Assembly (NCBI RefSeq): GCF_009914755.1
Contig: NC_060933.1
DNA: 64,000 bases
Source: the human T2T-CHM13v2.0 reference genome, Homo sapiens
Direction: 5' to 3' (one strand)
Shown here: positions 12,893-28,187 of the stretch, in pieces
Position numbering within the stretch: the stretch's first letter is position 1
How the letters are laid out: each line of letters opens with the position of its first letter
Notes under the pieces: model-generated
Databases searched by the model: none
What the model was told of the DNA's origin: nothing
The model's input: only the letters and a program-made list of their open reading frames with translations
Program-made: the position numbers and the translations under genes

Positions 12893-13036
12893 TTTTAAAA
12901 GGTGAGATCTGGCTATGTTGCCCAGGATAAAATTTACAGGCATGATCTACAGCCTCAAACTGCTGGATTCAAGCAATCCTCCTACCTCATCCACCTGAGT
13001 AGCTGGAACAACAGGCATGCACTACCATGACCAGCT
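12893..13036 (-). mobile_element. FAM/FLAM Alu monomer
   Basis: gctatgttgcccagg...acagcctcaaact...caagcaatcctcctacctca...gagtagctgg. Confidence 0.7.
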
Positions 13037-13166
13037 GCTTTTAAGTGGTTTTATATCCAGGAGTCTGGTATAGCCCCTAGTCCCAGCTATGCCCAAGCAG
13101 CAGCATTTGGATCTAATGTCTGGAACACAATAAACATTCAGTAAATAATTTAATTGAATTAATGAA

Positions 13167-15431
13167 TGTATTAGTCTGTTTTTACACTGCTGATAAAGAC
13201 ATACCCAAGACTGGGCAATTTACAAAAGAAAGAGGTTTATTGGACTTACAGTTCCACATGGCTGGGGAGCCTCATAATCATGACAGAAGGTGAAAGACAC
13301 ATCTCGCGCAGGGCAGCAGACAAGAGAAGAGAGAGTTTGTGCAGGGAAACTACCCTTTTTAAAACCATCAGATCTCATGAGATTTATTCACTATCATGAC
13401 AATAGCACAGGAAAGACGGGCCCCCATGATTCAATTGCCTCCCACCAGATCCCTCCCACTACGTGTGAGAATTCAAGATGAGATTTGGGTGGGGACACAG
13501 CCAAATCATATCATTCTGCCCCTGGACCCTCCCAAATCTCATGTCCTCACATTTCAAAACCAATCATGCCTTCCCAACAGTCCCCCAAAGTCTTAACTCA
13601 TTTCAGCATTAACTTAAAAGTCCACAGTCAAAAGTCTCATCTGAGACAAGGTAAGTCCCTTCCACCTATGAGTCTGTAAAATCAAAAGCAAGTTAGTTAC
13701 TTCCTAGATACAATGGGAGTAAAGGCATTGGGTAAATACAGCTGTTCCAAATGGGAGAAACTGGCTGAAACAAAGGGGCTACAGGTCCCATGCAAGTCAG
13801 AAATCCAGTGGGCAGTCAAATCTTAAAGCCCAAAAAAGAACTCCTCTGACACCATGTCTCATATCCAGGTCATGCTGATGCAAGAGGTGGGTTCCCATGG
13901 TCTTAGGCAGTCCACCCCTATGGCTTTGCAGGGTACAGCCTCCCTCCCAGCTGCTTTCATGGGCTGGCATTGAGTGTCTGCTGCTTTTCCAAGCACACAG
14001 TGCAAGCTGGCAGTGGATCTACCATTATGGTGTCTGGAGGACGGTGGCCCTCTTCTCACAGCCCCACTAGGTGGTGCCCCAGTAGGAATTCTATGTTGGG
14101 GCTCCAACCCCACATTTTCCTTCCACACTGCCCTATCAGAAGTTCTTCATGAGGGCCCCACCCCTGCAACAAACTTCTACCTGGGCATCCAGGCGTTTCC
14201 ATACATCTCCTGAAATGTAGGCAGAGGTTCCCAAACCTCAATTCTTGACTTCTGTGCACTTGCGGGCTCAACACCACATGGAAGTTGCTAAGGCTTGGGG
14301 CTTCCACCCTCTGAAGCAACGGCCCAAGCTGTACCTTGGACACTTTTAGTCACACCTGGAGCAGCTGGGATGCAGGGTGCCAAGCCCCTAGACTGCACAC
14401 AGCATGGGGGCCATGGGCCTGACCCAGGAAACCATTTTTTCCTCCTAGGCCTCTGGGCCTGTGATGGGAGGGGCTGCTGTGAAGACCTCTGACATGCCCT
14501 GGAGACATTTTCCCCATTGTCTTGGGGATTAACATCTGGCTCCTCGTTACTTATGCAAATTTCTGCAGCCACCTTGAATTTCTCCTCAGAAAATGAGATT
14601 TTCTTTCCTATAGCATTGTCAGGCTGCAAATTTTCTTAACTTTTATGTTCTGCTTCCCTTATAAAACTGAATGTCTTTAACAGCACCCAAGTCACCTCTT
14701 GAATGCTTTGCTGCTTAGAAATTTCTTCTGCCATACCCTAAATCATCTCTCTCAAGTTCAAAGTTCCACAAATCTCTAGGACAGGAGCAAAATGCTGCAA
14801 GTCTCTTTGCTAAAACATAACAAGAGTCGCCTCTGCTCCAGTTCCCAACAAGTTCCTCATCGCCATCTGAGACCACCTCAGCCTGGATTTCATTGTCCAT
14901 ATTATTATCAGCATTTTGGTCAAAGCCATAAAACAAGTCTCTAGGAAGTTCCAAACTTTCCCACTTTTTTCTGTCTTCTTGTGAACCCTCCAAACTGTTG
15001 CAACCTCTGTCTGTTACCTAGTTCCAAAGTCACTTCCACATTTTTGGGTATCTTTTCAGCAGCATCCAACTCCTGGTACAAATTTACTATATTAGTCTGT
15101 TTTCACACTGCTGATAAAGACACACTCAAGGCTGGGAAATTTACAAAAGAAAGAGTTTGATTGGACTTACAGTTCCACATGGCTGGGGAGGCCTCACAAT
15201 CATGGCGGAAGGTGAAAGGCATGTCTCACATGGCAGCAGACAAGAGAAGAGAGAGCTTGTGCCAGAACGCCCCTTTTTAAAACCATCAGATCTCATAGGA
15301 CTTATTCACTATCATGAGAACAGCACAGGAAAGATCTGCCCCCATGATTCAATGACCTCCCACCAGGTCACTTCAACAACACGTGGGAATTCAAGATGAG
15401 ATTTGGGTGGGGACATAGCCAAACCATATCA
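13167..15431 (-). mobile_element. Full-length THE1 (THE1B-like) element: LTR 13167-13513, internal 13514-15087, LTR 15088-15431
   Basis: Two similar LTRs around a THE1-int region; 5-bp TSD ATGAA at 13162 and 15432. Confidence 0.95.
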
Positions 15432-16614
15432 ATGAATAATTCAGTTTATCTAATTCCTAAGACTGAGATTCTGTTTTGGGGCAGTGTACTCCACTTTCCC
15501 TGATGGAACAGAAGCCTAGTCCTCTACCCTAACTTGCTCAACTGGGCTCACAACTCCCTACCTGTCTCCAGACCTTGCAGGGACTATGTGCACAAAAACC
15601 AGACCTTTTGCTTAGTGAGGGAGATCTGAGGGAACCCAAGTGGGACAGGCCCTCTTTAGACCCTGGGATTTAGACTCCTTGTCTGCCTGGTAAAAGCCCA
15701 CTCCATCAGGATCAAGTTTGTCCCAACCATTCCTGGTCAACTCTTCTCCCTGCCAAACCATTCCTGAGATCCCAGCAGGATCCTAGCTACAGGTACACAG
15801 CTGCATTGGAATCACAGGGAAGGTATCTGAACCACGTTCTGATGGTGAATTTGAAATGGAGATTTGCATTAGAGATCTCGGAAGCTTTCTCTAGCTGCCA
15901 GAATAGAGAATGGTTTACTTTATCATTTTCTTTTGTACTATTTTAATCATGCTTTTGGTGCATGGATTGCAGTGGCTAATTTCCTTCTTTCTTCCCTGTG
16001 ACTTGGACCTGTGAACTGTGCAGAAGAGAAAACCATACTACAGCCCTGGGAGAGAAATATACTCAGGCTTTGATGGATTGTAGAGAAAATAGATTCTAAG
16101 AATGAAGATTTTCCCCAAGAAATTCAGGAAGAAAAATTAAAATCTATTGTTTATTAATATCCCAACACTTTAGTATTTTTATTATCCAAGGACTCTGAGG
16201 AAGTCCAGGTAACTGCCTGTGTAGAGACACTTTGTAGAATGACCCATCTGTGCTAAACCACAGCCTTCCCACTCCTTTACTTTTGCAGCTTCTACCACTG
16301 TTTCCCTTGGAAACCAAAGTAGCAGCTGCCTACAAAGACATCTCTCTCCCTCCTCACTCATTAGTCCCAAGGATTAGAGCCTGTTTTCTTCCTCACTGAA
16401 AACATTTGATGTTAGGGGACTGTGTGCATATGAGAGACAATGTAAAAACAGTACCACACTGGGTCAGACACATTGTGCATTCCATCTAATATTCTGTCTT
16501 GGATAGTTTCATTTTTCCTCTTCATTTTATATGATACGCCATCAATTTATTTTGTGTTGTAATGGCTTGTGTACACAAATCTTCTCTATTAGCTAGTAGG
16601 CTATTTAAAGTCTA

Positions 16615-17408
<794 letters not shown>

Positions 17409-17425
17409 ATCTTGGGAGAACATGG

Positions 17426-17728
17426 TTTTTTGTTTGTTTGTTTTTGAGACAGGGTCTCACTCTGTCACCCTGGCTGGAGTGCAGTGGCACAATCAGGGCT
17501 CACTGTAGCCTTGAGCTTCTGGGCTCAAGCGAACTTCCCACCTCAGCCCCCTGAATAGCTGGGACTACAGGCATGCACCATCACATCTGGCTAATTGTTT
17601 GTATTTTCAGTAGAGATAGGGTTTCACCATGTTGTCCAGGCTGGTCTTGAACTCCTGGACTCAATTGATCCACCCACCTTAGCCTCCTAAAGTGCTGGGT
17701 TTGCAGGCGTGAGCCACCAAGCCTGACC
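17426..17728 (-). mobile_element. AluJ
   Basis: Reverse dimer with J-type gggctcaagcga; flanked by AGAACATGGT duplication. Confidence 0.9.
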
Positions 17729-18319
17729 AAAAGAACATGGTCTTCTGTTTGCCATTCCCCACAGAGTCCTGACAAAGTCCTTTGCTTGATAAAAGTGAGT
17801 TGGATTATGTAATTTTTGATTACATAATTATTGATGTAATATGATTATAGCCCAATGATGAAAGTTTTAGCACCCATTGATGATTCTTGCCTGAATCAAT
17901 TATTACTCTAATGACTGCTATTCATTTTTCTTCACTCATTCTACATTTGTCAATTGTAATTCTACCCTAATAAAGAACTTTTCCTTCTCCTCCCTTTATT
18001 TGTTCACTTATTTATTTATAAATGAGTATGAATTCATGGACTATTATTTTATGCAATGGGTTATCTTCTGTTACAGTCATTTTTCCAGCTTTACTGAGGT
18101 ATAATTGACAAATAACTATTATTTTTAATAATCAAATTGTCATAGATTGTCATTTTATGCAATGGGTAGAATTCTGTAACTATCATTTTTTAATGATTAA
18201 ATTGCCCCAAATTTGGCCAAGGAGAACACTTTCTGGCTTGCTCCTGTTTCTCTTTGACTTATCTCCTCTTACTTTAATCTTTTTTTTACTTTTTATCATG
18301 TTTCCATCAAACACTTATT

Positions 18320-19380
18320 CATTACAAAAAGAAAAATAGTAATCTTACAGCAGATAAACCTGGTAGATGACACCTTAACAAAGTGACCAAGTTAATATCA
18401 TCATCAGTAATGGTGCCTTTTGATATTATGTGCTGAGAAGAACATGTAATCACTTTGATAGTATTTCTGCCAAAAAGTGGATAATCACAAAATAATCATG
18501 AGGAGACATAAGAATAATCCAGACTGGGGGACATTCTACAAAATACCTGGCCTATAGTATTCAAAAATGTCAAGGTCATAAAAAAACAAAGACTAAGAAA
18601 TGATCCAGATTAACAGAAACTAGAGACATGACACTAAATGCAATGCATAATCCTGGATCAGATATTGAACCTAAGGGGGAAATTTTGTTATTAAACAACA
18701 TTGGGACAATTAGAAACATTGTAATAAGGTTTTTAGATTAGAAAGTAGTACTGTACCAATGATAATTTTCTGATTTTGATCATTTTGCTATGGTTATATT
18801 AAAAACGTGCCTTTATTCTTATGGAACAGATACTGAAGTACTTAGGGAGAAAGGAGCATCACATCTGCACCTTACTCTCAAAAGATTCAGAAGAATGATG
18901 CTGCAGTTTGAGTGTGTCCTCCAAAAAGCATGTGTTGGAAACTTATTCCCTAAGGCAATAATATTGGGAAGTATGGCTTACAGGGATGTGTTTAAGTTAT
19001 AAGGGCTCCACCCGCATGAATGGATTAATGGCAATTATAAAAAGGACTTGAATCTGCAAGCACACTCTCTTGCCTTCTTTTGTCCTTCTGTCTTCTGCCA
19101 TGGGATGATTCAGCAAGAAGGTCCTAGCCAGATGCTGGTCCTTTGACCTTGGACTTCTCAGCTTCCAGAGCTGTGAGCCAATAAATTTCTGTTCATTATA
19201 AATTACTCAGTCTCAGGTGTTCTGTTATAGCAGCAAAAACAGATGAAGACAAATAATAGGTAAATGTGGTCATCTGGATGAAGGATATGGAAAATTGGAT
19301 GAATGGCATATGGCATTTTTTGTGCTGCTCTTGCACCTTTCTGTGTTTGAAATTGAAATTAAAGGTTATAAAATTAAAAG
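18320..19380 (+). mobile_element. Old L1M (L1MC/L1ME-type) 3' fragment
   Basis: ggggacattctacaaaatacctggcc...aaaaatgtcaaggtcat...ctaaatgcaatgc..atcctggatc. Confidence 0.6.
18899..19251 (+). mobile_element. MST-type MaLR LTR nested in L1M
   Basis: TG...agaca ends; ttggacttctcagcttccagagctgtgagccaataaatttc; TSD-like aatga/aataa. Confidence 0.8.
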
Positions 19381-19516
19381 CTACAAAAACTGATTTGGAT
19401 AAAACTCAATAATAGTATTGAGGCTTTATTTTTATTCATTTATACTTCACTACGTTCTAAGTAGGATTAAAGCAATTTAAAAGCCTATCTATTCAACAAA
19501 ATTTTTAAAAATTCAG

Positions 19517-19970
19517 TGTCTTCAGCTGGGTTCTCCTAGAGGCATACACTGAGCCAAGGATTTCAGTGCAAGTAGCTTATTTGGGACATGATCCTAGAAA
19601 GCATCAGTAGGGGGGTGGGAAGTGAGATCAGGAAGGAAAAGAAACAATCAGGGTGTGTTATTGAACAGGTTACAGCTGTGGACAAATAGGGCTATATTCT
19701 ATTTGGGAGACAGTGTAGAGCTGGCTCCTTTCCTGAGGAACAAGGAGCCTGGGGTATTAATCTATCAATTCCCACCAGCCATTAGTTGAGGGCTGCTCTC
19801 TTGAAGGTATTAACTCCAAGGCACTGCACTGTACACAATTTTAGCAGGCTACAATGGCCAGAGAAAACCCTCAGGAAAGAGTCACAGGTTCTGCATCTGG
19901 AAGGCTGTAGGGTTGGTATGCACATAAATAGTAAGGAGGGAGTCTGGGTGGAGCCCAACCATATCTGCTA
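19517..19970. mobile_element. Old MLT1-type MaLR LTR
   Basis: tgtcttcagctgggttctcctagaggca...ctgagccaaggattt..gtgcaagtagcttatttggga. Confidence 0.6.
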
Positions 19971-20057
19971 AAGTAAGTGAGCAAATCAGAGCTAAGGAAA
20001 ATAGATGAATCAGGGTGAGTTTAGTGTATAAAATGCATACCCTTAGGTCCTATAACA

Positions 20058-20390
20058 CAGCAGTCCCTAACCTTTTTGGTACCTGGGACCAGTTTCGATG
20101 GAAGATAATTTTTCCATGGATGGGGGAGGAGGTGGGTTGTGTGGTTTCCAGATGAAAGTGTTCCATCTCAGTTCATCAGGCATTTGATTCTCATAAGGAG
20201 ACCACAACCTAGATCCCCCACATGCACAGTTCATAATAGGGTTAATTCTCCTGTGAGAATCTAACGCCACCGCTGATCTGGCAGGAGGCTGGAGCTCAGG
20301 TGGTAAATACTCCCTCTCCCTCTGCTCACCTCTTGCTGTGCCAACTGGTTTCATAATACTAGTCTGTGGCCCAGGGTTTGGGGACCCCAG
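20058..20390. mobile_element. MER1B hAT-Charlie DNA transposon
   Basis: Degenerate TIRs cagcagtccctaacc / gggtttggggaccccag; exact 8-bp TSD CTATAACA at 20050 and 20391. Confidence 0.9.
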
Positions 20391-22665
20391 CTATAACACA
20401 AATATGTGCTTTTATCAGAGGCCAATAACATTAAGAAGATTTGTGAGAGAATATGTCTACCCACCCTGTCACTAACTTCTAAATGTTTCCCATAATATTC
20501 CCATAATAATCCTCAACAATCACATTGCCATCATGTCACTTCTTTATAGGAAAAGAGTTCTAGAAATTTACTGCCGTGAAGAGTGTACATCCTTTTACTC
20601 ATACAAACTTACCTGTTTTAAAATTCAAGAGCTCTCCAGGATCTGGTAAGTAACTTCGTTTCTTCTGCCTGCACTCTGCATTTTTTGAGACTTTGAAGAT
20701 ATATTCTTTTCATTTACATCTTTTTAGACCGAAAACATTTTTAATTAGATTCTCACTCAGCAGTTTATTTTATGAATTATGGGAAGATGCTCGTGTAGAC
20801 TTCTCACTGACCAATGTCATCAGCAGGGCTTCTCTTTGAGATTCATCTGCCCTTGACCCTGAACCCCTCAAACCAGCTCTGGCATGGACTCAGCAGGGAG
20901 AAGGATTTGGGTAACTGGCTCTTTAAAATGTATTCTTCACACCACATAAAACTACAGGGTCTAGTTTTCAAATGATCCTTGCCAGTGGCATGCCCCCCTC
21001 ATCAACAAAAGAAACCCTATCATACGAACATGAGTGAGGAAAATCAGATTTCACTTTGAAGAAAACATCACTCTTTCTGGCCCAGCATGTAAGGAGCTTC
21101 AAAGTCACCACTCCTTTCAAACAACAAGTAAAAATTTGAACAGACTGAAAAATAAACAACTCTCAGATCTATCAGAGAAGTGAGCTCACCAGGCAATATA
21201 CTGCCTCCCAAAATTGGAGGGATAGACAGAGAGGGTACAGAGAATCGAAATACTGGAGCAGAAACACAACACAAACAGAAACATCCACAGGAACCAGTAG
21301 CAGGGTAGAAAAACCTTGAACTGTAACTGACAAATTACTAGAGGCTTAGTGTGGACAAATCTGAGAGTTTAGAACTACAGGGGGAGTCCTATACTTTTGT
21401 AAGTCTTGCCTCCTGGTTCTCAAAGTGAATCAGAGAAAAATCCCTTGTGCTTCCAACACGGAGAGAGAAAATACAACAGAGCATTGAAATATGCCAGAGC
21501 ATTCTGTTGTTAACAAGGCCTGCCCTCAAGAGAATCTACTTTACGAGAGCCTAAACTATTGGGGTTTTATTCGAGGCTAACCAAGCCTTGGGGAGGGAAA
21601 TACCTACTCCAGCTGTCTCTAGCCACATTGTCCCACTAAGCAGTGGGGGAACTGAGAGGCACTTGTGAAATTCACAACCCAGGGGCACAGGCTCACTAAA
21701 AGACTGAGACCCAATCATAGGACTAGAGACCACTTTTCCTCCCTTAATACCAACTACCACATTACTGAAGGCCTATTTACCAGAGTTATTTTTATCTGGT
21801 ACATCATGTCTAGCTTTCAACAAAAAATTACAAGGCATACTAAAAGGCAAAAAACACAGTTTAAAAAGACAGAGCAAGCACTAGAACCAGACTCATAGAA
21901 TTATCAGACTGTGAATTTAAAACAACTATGACTAATACACTAAGAGTTTTAATGGAAAAAGGAGACAGTATGCAGGAACAGACGGATAACATAGGCAGAA
22001 AGATGGAAGTGCTAAGAAAGAATAAAAAAGAAATGCCAAATATAAAAACAGTGTAACGAAATAAAGAATGCTTTTGATGGGCTCATTAGTAGACTGCATG
22101 TAGCTGAAGGAAGAATCTCTGAGCTTGAGGATATATAAACAGAAACTTCCAAAACTGAAAAGCAATGAGAAAAAATATTTTTTAAAAAACAGAATATCCA
22201 AGAACTGTGGAACAACTACAAAATGTGAAACATACACATAATGGGAATATCAGAAGGAGAATAAAGAGAGCAAGGAGCAGAAGCAATATTTGAAGGAATA
22301 ATGACTGAGAATGTTGGATACCAAACCACAAATTCAGGAACCTTAGAGATACCTCAGAGAACACCAAACTGAATAAGTGCCCAAAAAAATATTTACACCT
22401 AGGCATATAATCTTCAGCTGCAGAAAATCAAAGGTAAGAAAAAAGATGAAAGAAGCCAGAGGAAAAAATTCCTTACCTACAGAGGAGTAAAGATAAGAAT
22501 TATATCCAACTTCTCCTCAGAAACCATGCAAGCATAAAGAGAGTGAAGTGAAATATTTAAAATGTTGAGAAAAAAAAACACCACTAGCCTAGAATTCTCC
22601 ATCCTGTGAAATTATCCTTCAAAAGTAAAGAAGAAATAAAGACTTTCTCAGATTAAAAAAAAAAA

Positions 22666-23045
22666 GGCTGTGTGTGGCAGCTCATGTCTGTAATCCCAGC
22701 ACTTTGGAGGCTGAAGTAGGAGGATCACTTGAGGCCAGGAATTTGAGACCAGCCTGGGAAACATAGTGAGACCCTGTCTCTACAAAAAAATTTTTAAATT
22801 AGCCAGGAGTGGTGGTGCTCAACTATAGTCCCAGATACTCAAGAGGCTAAGATGGGAGATTCCCTTCAGCCCATGAGGTTGAGGCTACGGTGAGCTATGA
22901 TTATGCCACTACACTCTAGCCTAGCCAACAGAGAAAGAAAAAAAAAGAAAAGAAAAGGAAAAGGAGAGAGAGAGAGAGAGAGAAAGGAAGGAAGGAAGGA
23001 AGGAAGGAAGGAAGGAAGGAAGGAAGGAAGGAAGGAAAGAAAAAA
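22666..23045 (+). mobile_element. AluJ whose tail expanded into (GA)n-(GAAG)n microsatellite (22962-23040)
   Basis: Alu dimer followed by gagagag...gaaggaagg repeats. Confidence 0.9.
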
Positions 23046-23871
23046 AATTCAGGGAATTTATAGCCAGTGGACCTGCCTTACAAGACATATTTTTAAAAGT
23101 TATTAAGAGGGAAGGAAAATTATATAAGTCAAACTAGGAACTGAATGAAGAAAACAAGAGTATTAGAGAAGGAATAAAGTAAAATAAAAACTTTTCTTTT
23201 TCTTATTCTTAATTGACCTAACAGATAACAGTTTGTTCAAAATAATAACAGCAACAATGCACTTGATTAGAAATTATGTTTAAGTAAAGTGAATGACAGC
23301 AATGGGATAAGAGGCATGAATTAGGAATATTTTATTATCATAAGGTACTTGCACTACCTGTGAAGTGTTATAGAGTTATTTGAAAGTAGACTTGGACTCA
23401 TTGTTAATGTATATTGCAAATTCTAAGGCAACCACTGAAAGAAGTAAAAAAAGAAGTGTAATTGATGTGCTAAGAAAAGAAAGAAAATTGAATCATATAA
23501 AATGCTAAATTAAAACTACAAATGGCAGAAAAAAGAGTGGAAGACAAAAATAGGAACAAAGAACAAGGGCAATTAATAGCAAGCAGTAACAAATATGGTA
23601 GATATTAATCCAACAATATCAATAATTACTTTAAACATCAATAGTCAACATATGACAACTAAAAGATATTGCCAAAGTAGATTAAAAACAAGATCCAACA
23701 TTATGTTGTCTACATGAATACCACTTAAATATAAAAATACATATAATTAAAAGTAAAGGGATGGAGAAAAATATATCACGCTAACACTAATCAAAAGAAA
23801 ACTGGAGTAGCTATATTAATTTCAGACAGACCAGACTCCAGAGCTGAGGTAATTATCAGGGATAAAGAGGG

Positions 23872-24577
23872 TGCTGTAGACTGAACTGAATACCTCAAAA
23901 TTTATATGTTGAAGTCTTAACCCCCAATGTGACTGTATTTAGAGATAAGGCCTATAAAGGAGGTACTTAAAGCTAAATGAGGTCTTAAGGAAGGGTGCCT
24001 GTTTTAATGGAATAAGTATCTTTATAAGAAGAGACACCAGAGATCTCATTCTCTCTCTACACACAAAAAGAGGTCATGTCAGCACACAGCAAGATGGCAG
24101 CCATTCAGCCAAGAAGAGAGGCCTTACTTGAAATGTATTATACTGGTACCCTGATCAGACTTCCAGCCTCCAGAACTGTGAGAAAATAAATGTGTGCTGT
24201 TTCAGCCACACGGTCCATAAGGGTATTTTGTTATTTGTTTTAGTTTTTGTTGAGATAGGCTCTCGCTTCATCACTCCAGCTAGAGTGCAGTGGCTCAACC
24301 ACAGCTCACTGTAGACTATTGCTGGGCTCCAGCAGTCCTCCCATCTTGGCCTCCCAAGTAGCTGGAACTACAGGTACACGCCACCCACCACATCCAGCTA
24401 TTTTTTTTTTATCTTTTTGAAGAGGCAGGGTCTCACTATATTGCCCAGGTTTGTCTCAAACTCCTGGCCTCAAGTGAACTACTCAACTTGACCTCCCAAA
24501 GTGCTGGGATTACAGGTGTGAGCCACTGTCCTCAGCCCTATGGTATTTTGTTAAGGCAGCCTGAGCTGACTAAGACA
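23872..24577 (+). mobile_element. MLT1A-type LTR in L1 ORF2, containing a reverse AluJ (24234-24538)
   Basis: TG...agaca ends, TSD gaggg/caggg; Alu flanked by ggtattttgtta duplication. Confidence 0.85.
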
Positions 24578-25458
24578 CAGGGGCATTACATAATGATAAA
24601 GGGGTCAATTCTCCAGGAAGACATAATAATCCTTAATGTGTGTCTACCTAAAAACAGAGCATCAAAACATGTAAGGCAAAATCATCACACTGGAAGAGGA
24701 GAAATTGGTAAATCTATGATTATAGTTGGAGACTTCAACACCCCTCTATCAGAAAATGGTCAGATCCAGAATGCAGAAAAATCAATAAAGACATAGCTGA
24801 ATTCAACAACACCATTAATAAAGTGAAGATAATGAATATCTGTAGACTACTTCATCCAACAACAGAAGAATATGTATTCTTCTCAAGTTCACATGGAACA
24901 TACACCAAGATATACCACATTCTGGACCATAAAACACACCTTAAATTTTAAGGAATAGAAATCATACAATGTATGCTCTTAAACTACAATGGAATTTAAC
25001 TAGAAAATGATGATAGAAAGCTGGAGAATCCCAAAATGCTTGCAGATTAAGCAACACACTTCCAAATTACGCATGGGTCAAAGAATAAATCTCAAGAGAA
25101 GTTTAAAAATATTTGGAACTAAGTGAAATAGAAAATAAAATATATCAAAATTTGTGGTATGCAGTGAAAGCAGCACTTAGAGGAAAATTTATAGCATTGA
25201 ATGCACATATTAGAAAGGAAAAAAGATCTAAAATCGATCATCAAGCTTATACCTTAGGAAACTAGAAAAAAAGAGCAAATTAAATCCAAAGAGAGAATAA
25301 AAATTAGAGCAGAAATCAATAACACTGAAAATAGGAAATCAATAGAGAATGTCAACAAAACCAAAAGCTGTTTCCTTGAAAAGATAAAAATTAATAAGCC
25401 TCTAGCCTGGCTAACTAAGAAAAAAAGAGATGACACAAATTACTAATATCAAAAATGA

Positions 25459-25850
25459 TTTCTGCTGCCTTGTAACTTCTAAAATTTAACAGACTGGGCT
25501 CTTGTCATCAGGCCAGCAGAAAGAACTGTAGAAATGTAAGGATTTCCATTGTCAATTTGATGTATATAGACCTCTCTTCATTTTTGTTGCTTGTGAATTT
25601 TGTCCCTGGAGATTTGCTGACTTGACATGAGATAATTATGATATTTACATAACCCTGTTTTTATCATGCAGTTCAAGTTTTATAATTGCCCTTTTAAATA
25701 TTATGCCTACTGAATCTGTTTCTTTCTGACAGAGCGTACCAAGTGTTCTAATGTAAATTTGTTAATTACTTCTTATGTTCCTTCAGATTTAATGCATTAA
25801 ATTTCTTGGCTGTATTGTACTTCCAAAAAAAAAAAAAAGAAAGAAAAGAA
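25459..25850 (+). pseudogene. Orphan polyadenylated retrocopy (3'-UTR-like fragment) inserted in L1 ORF2
   Basis: 366 nt non-L1 sequence, ATTAAA at 25796, poly(A) from 25825, TSD-like AAAAATGA/AAAAAGGA; L1 ORF2 resumes colinearly. Confidence 0.75.
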
Positions 25851-27848
25851 AAAAAGGAAGACAGGACATCAGTACAGATCCCATGGACATTGAAACAATA
25901 ATAAAGGAATATTATGAACAACTCTATGCCCACAAATTTAATAACCTAGATGAAATAGGCTAATTTTTTAAAAGACACAATCTGCCAAAACTCAAACAAG
26001 AAGAAACAGACAATCTGAATAGGCCTATATCTATTAAAGGAATTGAATCAATTTTAATAACCTTCCAAAACAAAAAGCACAAGGCCCAGATGGGTTCATT
26101 GGTGAATTCCTCCAAACATTTAAGGAAGAAATTATACTAATTCTCTACAATCTCTTTCAGAAGACAGAAGAAGAGGGACTATTTCCTAACTCATTGTATT
26201 AATATAAGGCCAGCATTACCCTAATTGCAAAATCTAAAAAAGACTTTAGAAGAAAACTATAGATCAATATCTCTCATGAACATGGATGCAATCCTCAAGA
26301 AAATTTTAGCAAATCAAATCCAACAAGTATAAAAAGAATTACATATTACAACCAAGTGGCATTTATCCTAGGTATGCAAGGCTAGTGCAATGTTTGAGAA
26401 TTAAATAATGTAATCCATCATATATGATATCAACAGGCTAAAGGAGAAAAATCACATATCATATCAACAGGTGCAAAAAAAATCTGACAAAATCCAACAT
26501 CTATTCATGATAAAAAGTCACAGGAAATAGCAATAGAGGATAACTTCCTCAACTTGATAAAGAACATTTACAAAAAACCTATGGCTAACATCATACTTAA
26601 TGGTAACAAACTAAAAGCTTTCCCACAAAAATCAGGAACAAGGCAATGATGTTCCCTCTCACCACTTCTTTTCAACATAAAACTAGACAACCTAGCTAAC
26701 GCAATAAGACAAGAAAACAAAAGTATACACATTGGGAAGGAAGAAATACAACTGTCTTTGTGCACATGACTTAGACATTATTGTCTACATAGACATTCTG
26801 AAATAATTGATTTTTAAAACTCCTTCAACTAATAAACAATTATAGCAAGATTGCAAGATACAAGGCTAACATACAAAAGCCAATCACTTTTCTATATACC
26901 AGCAATAAACAAGTAGAATTTGAAGTTAAAAATATAATATCTTTTGTATTAGCACCACCTCCAAAATGAAATACTTTATGTATAAACCTAACAAAATTTA
27001 TACAAGATCTACATGAGGAAAACTACAAAACTCTGGTGAAAGAAATCAAAGAACTAAATAAATGTAGAGATATTCCATGTTTACGGACAGGGAGTCTCAA
27101 TATTGTTAAGACGTCAGTTCTTTCCAATTTAATCTATAGATTCAGCACAATTCCAGTCAACATCTTGTGAGGTTATTTTATAGATACCAACAAACTGATT
27201 CTAAACTTCATTTGGAGGGACAAGAGAACTAGAATAGCCAACACATTATTGAAAAAAAAGAACAAAGTTTGACGATTGACACTACCCAACTTCAAGACTT
27301 ACTATAAAGCTACGGTAACCAAGACAGTGTGTTATTGACAAAAGAATAGCAAATAGATCAATGAAACAGAATAGAGAGCCCAGAAATCAACTTACATAAA
27401 TATAGTCAATTGATCTTTTTTTACAAAGGAGCAAAGGCAGTACAATGGATAAAGCTTTTTAATATATGAAACAACTGGACAGCTACACATAAAATATAGA
27501 CTTTGCACCCTTCACAAAAAATTAACTCAAAATTCAGATCATAGGCCTAAATGTAAAGCACGAAACTATAAAACTCCTAAAAGATAGCATAGAACATCTA
27601 AATGACCTGAGATATAGTTATGACTTTTTAGTTATAATACCAGAGGCATGATCTATGAAAGAAATAATTGATAAGCTGGAATTCATTAAAAGTAAAAACT
27701 TCTATTCTGCTGAAGACAGTATCAAGATAATTAGAATACTAGCTACAGACTGGCAGAAAATGTTTGCAAAAGACGTATCTGATAAAAAGTTGTTATCCAA
27801 AATATACCAAGAATTCTTAAAACTCAACAGTAAGAAAATGAAGAACCA

Positions 27849-28187
<339 letters not shown>

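Noticed and set aside
13514-15087. Short ORFs in THE1-int, and Alu/L1-derived ORFs elsewhere, as genes
   Set aside because: They are fragmented translations of repeat sequence with no intact long frame.
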